Both the position numbers and the translations under genes were made by a program. The notes beneath the pieces are model-generated. The model was not told the origin of the DNA. It ran no database searches and worked only from the letters and a program-made list of their open reading frames with translations. Shown in pieces: positions 1 through 10,844 of a stretch of DNA of 64,000 bases. Position 1 is the first letter of the stretch. Each line of letters starts with the position of its first letter. The DNA is taken from positions 170,996,001-171,060,000 of the forward strand of contig OZ360223.1 of the NCBI GenBank assembly GCA_977017645.1, in the 5' to 3' direction. The DNA is from Torpedo marmorata (taxonomy: Eukaryota).

Positions 1-699
1 ATGAGGTTGCAGGGCTTCAAATACCAGAGGCTCAATTTGTATTCAAGAAGTCAAGAAAATGGAGGTTTAATTTCCTCGAAGGTTGTCAGAAACCATGGTT
101 ATATGGGCATCAGGTGTCAGCTGATGCATACATGAATAATGGACAATAAGGTAAGGCTGACATCTTTGCATGAATGTATATCCCCAGGAGAATTAAGGTG
201 GTAGAAATTGTATATTTCATGTAAATAAAAAATGTAGCTTACTTCATCCTCACAGTTCATCCTCCTATCAACTAGATTTGCTGCAGTGATTTGGAATTAC
301 TAGACCACCGTTTTAAATGACTATGTGATTTTTGCCTCGTCTGAAATATTGAATTTTAATTATTTTCTTCTGAATAAATTAAACTTGAAAAATTGTGCAA
401 GAGGATCTTGCTTTACTGGTGGCTAAGATATTAGAAGTGCAACAACTCTATAATTTTCACCTGTCTGCGGTTAAATAATCTGGCAATTGAAGTCTGGGTG
501 GAAAGGATAAAGAATACAAATCAGAGTGCTGCTATCCAAACCAAGTTGGTATGTACAATATGAGTTAAATTAATTTTCTTTGTAATAAATACAAGTTCAT
601 GCTGCTAGTAAGCAGCACATTCTGAAGTGGAGTCAGAATTCTTTTCCTGGATACTTTGCTGTAAAACCTTCATCTCATTTTAATTTTGTACTTAAACAG

Positions 700-806
700 G
701 TTTGATGGAAATTTCAACACCAATGTTTCAAAAACAATCAGCTGTGACAGACTTTCCACAACTGTCAATAGCCGAGCATTTAATCCTGGGCGAGACTTAA
801 ACACAG
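700..806 (+). CDS. CACHD1: CACHD1 exon A
   Basis: cag|G TTT GAT...ACA G|gt; FDGNFNTNVSKTISCDRLSTTVNSRAFNPGRDLNT. Confidence 0.95.
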
Positions 807-1926
807 GTTAGTGTACTGGTGTGCTGCATTTAATTAATTTGATTTGTTTTCACTCTTAAATTTATATGGAACAAAAGTCATAATTTTACTTCTTCCCTCT
901 CTCTCCTCACCCCTCCTACCCCACATCCCACTCCTTAGAAGTCCTTATTGTTTAACCATTATATCCTGATATACAATCATTTTTGAAACTGTGAGTATTT
1001 TGTGACACCATCCATTCATCTCTGAATACTAGAATCAAGTTCGTGCAGGATTTATAGGATGGAAGTTTTTCTCATAATGTCAAGGATACCCTCAAACAAA
1101 ATGAACCCAGTATTTTGTGATCCCTAATCCAGAACTAAATCAACAGTCTCATCTCTGGGAGCAAAGTGTGTTAGTATAGTTATACCTGAAGAAGGCAGCT
1201 ACAGGTCCAGTTGAACAATGGAACACTGCCCCTGGACAAATGTAGGAACCCAAACTCCTGCAATACTATGGTTTGCCTCCCTATATGCAGTTCCACACTC
1301 CTATCTTTGAACATGGGTCAAATCCACAATCTTTATAGGATATTGACTACCTCTTGGAGCAAATGGTCCAGGTGACTTTCTGTTTCCCTCATGTCTTCCA
1401 GTTCTTCAAGATGGATCCCAATGTTCGAGAGTTGCAGACATATACTGCAGATGTAGCTTTGGACAAAAATCTATAAACTTATACATATTGTAGCAGCAAC
1501 ACATTTCCTGACTATTTTATGTGTTTAACTTAACTATATTAATGATAATCAAGTTTGTCTTGCACAGTTTAAATTAATTTGATGATCATTTCCCTCGGAA
1601 GTGCATACTTGATGTTATTGATCAGTCCAAACTATAAAAGCAAAGGAAACCATAAAAGCATAGGAGATCATTGTGTGACCTTGTTTTCAGCCGAAGGCTG
1701 CCAGCATATAGTATATTTTAAGTTGACTTCATCATTTTTGTTTTCCATATATAAACAGTGGGTTAATGTATTCTCTTTGCTGGGTTTTTTTTTGGGATCA
1801 GCTTGGGGATGGGGAGGAGCAGTGCTGGTGGAAAGATGAGGTGCATAGAAGCTGCATCTTTCTGAAGCTAGTGAATGTCTGGAATTTTCTGCTCTAGATG
1901 TATTTAAGATGCAGATGGATAAATAT

Positions 1927-2190
1927 GGGCAGCCCGGTTAGCGAAGCAGTTAACGCAACACTATTACAGTGCCAGTGACCTGGTTTCGAATCTGGCGCTG
2001 TCTGTAAAGAGTTTGTATGTTCTCCCCGTGCCTGTGTGGGTTTCCTCCGTGTGCTCTGCTTTTCTCCTACCCTTCAAAACATATGGGGGTTGTAGGTTAA
2101 TTAGGGTATTTGGGTGGCATGGGCCCGTGAGTCAGAAGGGCCTGTTACCGTGCTGTATGTCTAAATTTAAAAAAAAAAATAATAATTTAA
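1927..2190 (+). mobile_element. tRNA-derived V-SINE (HE1-like)
   Basis: A/B-box-like head, V-core GAGTTTGTATGTTCTCCCCGTG..GTGGGTTTCCTCC, CR1-like tail GAAGGGCCTGTTACCGTGCTGT, A-rich end; putative TSD ATAAATAT at 1919-1926 and 2191-2198. Confidence 0.85.
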
Positions 2191-2290
2191 ATAAATATTT
2201 AAATTGTGTGAAAGGAGACAATTAACTAATAAAAAGTTACAGTATAATATGTTACAGACTTGTAGAACGGAAAAAACTATTATAAGAACT

Positions 2291-4954
2291 GGTGATGATG
2301 GATTTCCGATAGAGTTTTATAAGAAGTTTAAAGATTTACTGATACCTATATATATGGAAGTATTGACTCAAATAAAGGAAACTCATTTATTACCGAAAAC
2401 ATTTTTAAATGCTGTTATTACAGTTATACCAAAGAAAGATAGAGATGTATTAAAAACTGAGTCATACAGACCTATATCACTGTTGAATGTAGATTATAAA
2501 TTAATGGCAAAAATTTTGACAAACAGATTAGCTGTTTTTACCGCTTTTAATACATTCAGATCAAGCAGGATTTATTAAAAATAGATATTTGAAGGATAAT
2601 ATAGCAAGATTAATAAGTTTAATTAATTTGCAAAAAAGGAAACAGGATTTACCGTTGGTGATAACATTAGATGCAGAAAAAGCATTTGATAGATTAGAAT
2701 GGAATTTTTTATTTAAGGTTTTAGAGAAATATGGGTTTGGAAATACTTTTATAAATTGGATTAAGACTATATATAAGGAACCTACAGCTAGAGTAATTAC
2801 AAATGGTCAGATATCATCTAAATTTTCCTTGATGCGATCAACAAGACAAGGATGTCCTTTATCACCTGCTTTATTTGTATTGGCAATAGAACCGCTGGCT
2901 GAAATGATTAGGAAAGATATCAATATAAATGGGATTAAAGTAGGTGCAGAAGAGCATAAAATTAGTTTATTTGCAGATGATGTATTAATATATATGACGA
3001 AATCTATTGGATCGCTTCAACAATTAGCTAAGATACTGAGGGAGTATGGTGAGATATCTGGTTATAAAATAAATTCAGATAAGAGTGAAATAATGGCTTT
3101 ATCTCAAGGAGATTATACTAAATGTAAAGAAGTTACAGGATTTAAATGGGCTAAAGAAGCAATTAAATAATTGGGAGTTAAAGTAGATACAAAATTGGAA
3201 AATTTATATAAATTAAATTATATACCTCTATTTCAGAAAATAAAGAAAGATTTGGAAAATTGGAAAGATTTACCTATAACCCTAATGGGAAGAGTGAATT
3301 GTATTAAAATGAATATCTTTCCAAGAGTTCAATACCTTTTTCAATCTATACCTTTTGGAATTCCTCAAAAAATTTTTAAAGATTTAAAAATCATTGTTAG
3401 AAAATTTTTATGGAAAGGAAAATTAGCAAGGGTAAGTATGGATAAATTAACTTGGGAATATGAGATGGGTGGATTACAACTCCCCAATTTTCAATATTAT
3501 TATAAGGCAGCACAATTAAAGTTTATTAATGAATTTTTTGATTTAACTAAATCTACTGCTTGGATTAATATAGAATTGAATAATATAGGGGAAAGATATA
3601 AGGAAGATATTATTTATAAATGGAATTCTAAATTATTATTAGTTAAAAAGAAAAAAACACCGATTATTAAACATTTACTGGAAATCTGGACTCAGTTAGA
3701 CAATGAGATAGGACGAAAAGGGTCATTATCTTTGAATATGCCATTGTATCAGAATTTATTGTTACCTTTTTCTATTGATAATCAATTTTTAAAACTATGG
3801 TTTCAAAAAGGAATTAAGAAGATTAAAGATTGTTTTGAGGCTGGAAGATTTGTTACATTCTCTAGGTTGAAAGAAAAATTTAGAATAATGGATAATACGA
3901 TTTTGGCTTATTATCAGGTTAAAGGATTTTTAGTTGAGAAATTGGGGAATCAATTAATAACTCCAAGACAGGATGGATTAGAATTATTAATTACTAATGG
4001 AAATGTTAACAAGTTTATATCACAAATGTATAGATTACTTCAGAGAAAGATGCCTAAGGTAGGATTGCATAAATCAAGATTAAATTGGGAATCAGATTTA
4101 AATATTAATATAGATGAAAAACATTGGAAAGAATTATGTAAATTGAGTATGACCAAAATTATTAATGTTAGATATAGATTAGTACAATATAATTTTTTTC
4201 ATCAATTATATTTAACACCTAAAAAATTAAAGAAATTTAATCCGGCACTATCAGATATGTGTTTTAGATGTAGGGATGAAATAGGTTCTTTTGTACACTG
4301 TACATGGTCATGTTTAAAAATTCAAAATTTTTGGTCTAAAGTTAAGGATTTTTTGGATAGAATTTTTAATATTACGGTTCCAATGGACCCTATGTTATTT
4401 TTATTTGGAGATATAAAAAAATTTAGTATTAGAAATAGATTGAATATGTATCAAATAGAATTTTTACGAATTGTTTTAGCGGTTTCAAAAAAATGTATCG
4501 CTATTACTTGGAAATCAGATTTAGATTTGAGTTTAGATAGATTACATGCAGAATTACGTTCTTGTATACCATTGGAAAAAATTACATATAATTTACATGA
4601 TAAATATCATTTCTTTTTGAAAATTTGGAGCCCATATATGAGAATTATGGGTATGAATTAATTCTCTAGAAGTTGGTACCGCTGGCAAAAATAACTTCCA
4701 ATATATAAATAGTATTAGCTTGTAATTTGTTTTCTCCTCACTTTAACTCTTTAATTCTTTATTATTCAACTCTTTTTTTTTCTTCTTTATAACTAACATT
4801 CTTTTTTTTTCTTCTTTTTTTTTAGAATAGCGCTGGGGGGGTTGGGGAGGGGAGGGGGGGAGGTAATATATCACATGTATTTTAAATGATATACTATTTT
4901 TGATTCATGTATTTTGTGATTTTAAAATTTAAATAAAATTATTTTAAAAAAAAA
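2291..4954 (+). mobile_element. L1-B: 5'-truncated L1-clade LINE nested in L1-A
   Basis: ORF2 from GDDGFP through RT (LFADD) to the C-terminus (4661), with a frameshift and a stop; G-rich 3'UTR, AATAAA, poly-A; TSD AAGAACT at 2284-2290 and 4955-4961. Confidence 0.93.
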
Positions 4955-5070
4955 AAGAACTAAGCAAAGATATTATGAGTTAGGTGAACGTGCACACAAT
5001 GTATTAGCATGGCAATTAAAAACAGAACAAGTATCAAGAACAATCAATGCAGTTAAAACTGAGACTGATG

Positions 5071-5926
5071 TGTTACAAAATCAAACCAGCAACGACAGAA
5101 GACGTAATGCAAAAGGGGTAAAATTGAAATTATTATTTATTAAACACAAGTAAACATATAATTTCACAACAATTAACCCCACTATAAACGTCTATACTCT
5201 CTATTCTTATCTAAAAGGTGTATGTGTGTGTGTGTAAAGCCCAGACCATTACAGTCTGTGCCCAACCCTTATGTAAAAATGGAAAAACTTTCTCCAAAAA
5301 CCCCAGGTCAGTCATAAAAAAACAAGTCAGTCAAAAAAAAGATAAACAGTCAACAAATTCACTCTCTAAGTTCAGGCTTCAATTCAGCTCTGGGTCTGGT
5401 AGAAGTACTTCTGAATGAACGTTGGAGAGAGACAATGACTGTTATGCTTACAAATACTTGTTTTCTTCTCTGATGACGTCCCCTTCTTGTAGGTTCATAA
5501 GGATTGCAAGTTCCAGATCAGTATACCACTGATTTAGGCGTGTGCTTGAATCTCACAGCTAGTCTCGCTGATCTCACGCCTGTTCTCCACAGAAGTTGCT
5601 TTTCTCAGAATTTCTCTGAGACAGGAGGCCATGTGCTATTCTTCCAGTTTTCTCTGACTGCACAAGCCTGCATCTGGCTGTGTTCGGTAGCCTTTGCAAC
5701 TCACAACTGACTGTCTGCTTTGCAGAGATCTGCCCCTGCTTTTTGCAAAAGTGCAACAATGTATCTTTTCCACAGTCTGTCTCTCTCTGCTCTCTCTCTC
5801 TCTCTGGGTACACCAAGTCCTGGGGAAGTTAACTTTTTCAGTACCTGGCCCCAGTGTGTACTCCAAAAGACTTCATCCTTCCTGCTGACCGTCCGCAGTC
5901 CAAATGGTCAGTCATGGTCCATAACA
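5071..5926 (-). repeat. E1 3' LTR (856 bp)
   Basis: Direct repeat of 9987-10844, about 5 substitutions plus a TG-repeat indel by eye; PPT complement CCTCCCACCC adjacent at 5927-5936. Confidence 0.95.
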
Positions 5927-6058
5927 CCTCCCACCCACAAAGGAAATTTTGGTCTGCAAGAACAAAATTTAGGAAAGTAAGTGAGGTGTCAGAATATAAA
6001 CAAAATCTACAATGTTCATCCACAAATACAAAATATGAACTATTTTCATTGATAAAGT

Positions 6059-9000
6059 TTAACATCTAGAAAGACAATCAGCAATTACATTATCTCTCCC
6101 TTTTAAATGAGTGATTACCAAATTATATTCTTGCAAAATTAGACTCCAATTCAACAACTGTCGATTCTTATTTTTCATTTTACAAAGAAAAACCAATGGA
6201 TTATGGTCAGTATACACTATGAGTGGTTTTTGAGCTGTACATATATACACATCAAAATGTTGTAGAGCCAACACAAGAGCCAACAACTCTTTCTCTATAG
6301 TTGAATAATTTCTTTGATGATCATTGAACTTCTTTGAGAAGTAGGATACCGGATGTTCAATGTCCTCTTCGTTCTTCTTCTGTAACAGCACCGCACCCAC
6401 AGCTTCATCGCTCGCATCCACGGCTAAAGAAAACGACTGTTCTAAATTAGGTGACTTAAGCACAGGTTGGTGGCATAACATGGCTTTCAATTTGACAAAT
6501 GCTTCCTGACAACCTGTTGACCATACAAATTTCTCTTTCTTTCTAAGCAAATTTGTGAGAGGGAGCGCAAGATCAGCAAAGTTTTTACAGAACTTGCGGT
6601 AGTAGCCAATCATTCCCAGGAACCTCCTCAGAGTTTTCTTACCAGTTGGAACAGGGAACTCGGAAATAGCGACAACCTTTGCCTCTACTGGCGCCAAATT
6701 CCCCTGTCCTACTACATAACCCCGAGAATTAACAGTACCATTACCCTCTCTGAAACTGGTTTTATCTGTCTCCTCCTTACCCTGATCAATAACCAGTACC
6801 TCTGGTACATTTTCAGTCCCTTTGTGTGCCACCTGTTCAAAATATGGCTTAATCATATTCACATGACAGACCTGTGTGTGTCGTCTGCGATTAGGTGTTT
6901 CTATGACATAGGTAACATCATTAATTTTTGACTTAACTCTATAGGGTCCTGAAAATCTAGCCCTAAGAGGATTTGAATGGATGGGAAACAGAACTAATAC
7001 GTTCTCACCAGGTTTAAAAGTTCTCATCTTCGCCTTTCGATCATACCAAACCTTCATTTTCTGTTGAGTGGCCATTAAATTCTCCTTTGCCATCTCACAA
7101 GCCCTATGTAACCGATCCTTAAATTTGGAAACATAATCTAACAGATTTAAATGCACATCACGATGAATCCACTGTTCTTTTAATAATCTTAAAGGACCTC
7201 TCACCTCATGTCCGAAAACTAACTCAAATGGACTAAAACCAAGCGAATCTTGGACAGTCTCCCTCGCTGCAAATAACAACAAATGAACCCCCTCATCCCA
7301 ATCCTTTTCCTTCTCACAACAATAGGTTCTAATCATGTTTTTCAAAGTCGAATGGAACCTCTCCAAGGCCCCTTGACTTTCTGGATGGTACGCAGAGGAT
7401 ACAATCTGTTTAACTCCTAGTCCATCAACCACTTGTTGGAAAACGCCTGACATGAAATTACTGCCCTGATCTGATTGAATTTCCCTTGGCAAACCTACCA
7501 AGGTGAAAAACTTTACCATAGCCTTTACAATTGACTTTGCTTTTATGTTTCTCAGAGGAATGGCCTCTGGAAATCTGGTGGCTGCACACATAATTGTTAA
7601 CAAATATTCATTCCCCGCTTTGGTTTTGGGCAATGGGCCAACACAGTCCACAATTACTCTCGAGAAAGGCTCACTGAAAGCAGGGATAGGTTGCAAGGGT
7701 GCCACCGGGGGACCCTGATTAGGTTTACCCACTACCTGACAAGTGTGACAGGCCCGGCAAAAGCTTACAACCTCCCTTCTCAAACTGGGCCAATAAAACT
7801 GTTTCATTATCTTACTTATAGTTTTCTTCACCCCAAGATGACCACCTAAGGGTGTACTATGAGCCAAAGTTATTATTTCATCCCTATATACTTTAGGGAT
7901 TACAATCTGCTGCACTACTGCCCATTCTTCATTGGCAGGAACATCACGTGGTCTCCACTTTCTCATCAACACCCCATCTTTTTCATAATAACCTACTGGC
8001 ACCTTTTTAATCTCCTCTTCAGAGAGAACCTTATCCCTCACCTCAACAAGATCAGGATCGTCCTTTTGCCTTGCTATTAGCTCCTGTTGGGATAATGACA
8101 AATCTGTGCCTTTAGGTGTCTTATCAGTGGATGGGTGTAACATAGGAGATAGCTCAACCTTTTCCAGGTTTCCTTGATTATCAGTTTCTTTTTCTTTTAC
8201 CAAGTTATTTCCCACTGCCTTCTCTACAGTGACATTTTTCTTAGACATGGCCCTGGTTATGGCACATGCCGGATAAATATCAGAGTCTTTCTCTGACTTA
8301 TCAATGACTGGCTTAGTGGTCATTCGCACTGCAGGAACTACTTTACCCTTGGCCAAGTCATTGCCTAACAACAGTGAGACTCCTTCTACTGACAACTCTG
8401 ATCTCACTCCTATTATAACTGGTCCTTCCACCAAGTCTGAGTCCAATACTATTTTGTGCAAAGGAATGGACTCTACCTCACCACCAATTCCTTTAATTAA
8501 ATTTATGTCACCGGTGTCAGTAGCTTCACAAAATTCCAAGACACTATCTAACACAAGTGACTGAGCAGCTCCAGTATCTCTCAAGATTTTCACTGGCACT
8601 TGTTTTGATCCTGCATTAACTGAAACAAAACCATCAGTCACAAAAGGTTTAAATACATCTTTAACTTTGTCAGTAAATTTATCTCCTTCCTGGGTGTTAT
8701 GCATCTTCTCACTCTGAATACAAGCATTAGGTGTTGCATCCTTTTCTCTCTTCTTTTTCAACACTGGACAGCTTGCTATCATATGACCAACCTTCCTACA
8801 GTAGTGGCAAATGGGACCCGAATTGCTTTCCCGTTTCCACTTTCCTTCATCCCTTTCCTTAACACCACTTCCAAATTTACTTTCCACTTGCTTCTGATTA
8901 TCCACCGTGACATTTTGGAAAATTCTACCTGACGTCCACTTAGGCTTGTGGGTTAAAGCATATCCATCTGCCAACTTAGCTGAATCTCGCCAAGTTTTCA

Positions 9001-9854
9001 CCTCCTTTTCATCTAAGTATACCTTAATATCCTCAGGAACACACCTTTTTAACTCCTCGATTATTATCAATTCTCTCAATTGATTGTAATCATTGTTTAC
9101 TGCCTTAGATGTGCACCACCTGTCAAAACACACAACCTTTTCATAGGCAAACTCTGTATAAGATTGGGTTGCTGATCTTTTTAAATTTCTAAACTTCTGT
9201 CTATAAGCCTCTGGAACTAACTCATAAGCCTGGAGTATAGCCTTTTTCACCGTTTCATAATCAGCAGCTTGCTCTGTGGTAAGAGTAGAATAAGCTTGCT
9301 GAGCTTTTCCTTTTATTACACTTTGCAACATAAGAGACTATTGGTCTTGTGGCCATTTTAATTTCACAGCCACTTTCTCAAAATGTTGGAAGTACTTATC
9401 TATTTCTGCCTCCTCAAATGGAGGAACCAACCTAACTTCCCTACTAGCCAAAAACCCCTCAGCAGGATGACGAATTTGATCTTGGCGCTCTTCTTGTCTC
9501 CTCTCATTTTCCAACCTCATCTTTTCCAACTCATATTTCCTATTTTTCTCCTCGTTCTCATATCTCTTTTGTTCTCTGTCTATCTCCATGTCTAATCTCT
9601 TTCGTTCCAATTCTAATTTCTTTTGTTCCCTGTCTGCCTCCAATTCTAATTTCTTTTGTTCTCTGGCTGCCTCCAATTCCAATTTCTTTAATTCCAACTG
9701 TATGTTTTCAGAAGGTTTACCCAAACTCTGCCTTTTTCATAGATGGTTTTACAGAAGCAATGCCCAACTCTGTTGCTATAGCCACTAACTGTTCCTTTTT
9801 CGCCTTTTTTAAAGTATCAGGTTCAGGTGATTCCAAAAAATGTTCTACATCCAT
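6059..9854 (-). pseudogene. E1 gag-pol (SCAN-like capsid, CCHC, DTG protease, HHCC/DDE integrase, GPY/F, RT thumb, RNase H)
   Basis: 1090-aa open segment 6059-9331; ~70-bp frameshifting deletion near 9722 relative to E2; TGG>TAG at 9338-9340; no YxDD. Confidence 0.92.
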
Positions 9855-9959
9855 TGTTGCTGGTTTTTTGTTACACACACACTAGCTTTTAATTAGCTTT
9901 ACCAAAAGGAATGCCTTAAACCAAACTGGGATTCCTTCAATTACCAAGATGGATTTTGA

Positions 9960-9983
9960 TTCAAATCCCGCAACGAGCCCCCA
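9960..9983 (-). promoter_or_regulatory. E1 primer-binding site, tRNA-Pro type (variant)
   Basis: TGGGGGCTCGTTGCGGGATTTGAA, 3 nt from the LTR, versus the tRNA-Pro complement TGGGGGCTCGTCCGGGATTTGAA. Confidence 0.85.
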
Positions 9984-9986
9984 ATT

Positions 9987-10844
9987 TGTTACAAAATCAA
10001 ACCAGCAACGACAGAAGACGTAATGCAAAAGGGGTAAAATTGAAATTATTATTTATTAAACACAAGTAAACATATAATTTCACAACAATTAACCCCACTA
10101 TAAACGTCTATACTCTCTATTCTTATCTAAAAGGTGTATGTGTGTGTGTGTGTAAAGCCCAGACCATTACAGTCTGTGCCTAACCCTTATGTAAAAATGG
10201 AAAAACTTTCCCCAAAAACCCCAGGTCAGTCATAAAAAAACAAGTCAGTCAAAAAAAAGATAAACAGTCTACAAATTCACTCTCTAAGTTCAGGCTTCAA
10301 TTCAGCTCTGGGTCTAGTAGAAGTACTTCTGAATGAACGTTGGAGAGAGACAATGACTGTTATGCTTACAAATACTTGTTTTCTTCTCTGATGACGTCCC
10401 CTTCTTGTAGGTTCATAAGGATTGCAAGTTCCAGATCAGTATACTACTGATTTAGGCGTGTGCTTGAATCTCACAGCTAGTCTCGCTGATCTCACGCCTG
10501 TTCTCCACAGAAGTTGCTTTTCTCAGAATTTCTCTGAGACAGGAGGCCATGTGCTATTCTTCCAGTTTTCTCTGACTGCACAAGCCTGCATCTGGCTGTG
10601 TTCGGTAGCCTTTGCAACTCACAACTGACTGTCTGCTTTGCAGAGATCTGCCCCTGCTTTTTGCAAAAGTGCAACAATGTATCTTTTCCACAGTCTGTCT
10701 CTCTCTGCTCTCTCTCTCTCTCTGGGTACACCAAGTCCTGGGGAAGTTAACTTTTTCAGTACCTGGCCCCAGTGTGTACTCCAAAAGACTTCATCCTTCC
10801 TGCTGACCGTCCGCAGTCCAAATGGTCAGTCATGGTCCATAACA
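9987..10844 (-). repeat. E1 5' LTR (858 bp)
   Basis: TGTTA...TAACA termini; PBS adjacent. Confidence 0.95.

Larger units (their letters stand above)
5071..10844 (-). mobile_element. E1: Gmr1-like Ty3/gypsy LTR retrotransposon lacking RT core
   Basis: TG..CA LTRs 5071-5926 and 9987-10844; TSD GATG (5067-5070, 10845-10848); PBS and PPT; domain order Gag-PR-IN-(RT thumb)-RNase H. Confidence 0.95.

Noticed and set aside
4834-4863. G-quadruplex-like tracts (also ~13572-13638, 14744-14774, 21157-21195)
   Set aside because: Mostly the usual G-rich L1 3'UTR tract; nothing locus-specific.
5218-6069. Short ORFs recurring at 5.2-6.0, 10.4-10.8, 28.7-29.4, 33.5-34.0, 56 and 61 kb
   Set aside because: They recur only because they lie in LTR copies; most start at TTG/GTG and show no domain. 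Only the ATG leader fused to L1 is kept as a finding.
6745-6845. RT loss as an assembly artefact
   Set aside because: The same in-frame junction is present, with independent substitutions, in three copies at different sites.
6059-9331. Copia element (IN before RT) or domesticated gypsy gene
   Set aside because: Motifs (GPY/F, DAS-type RNase H, SCAN-like Gag) are gypsy/Gmr1; paired LTRs, TSDs and disabling mutations indicate mobile copies.
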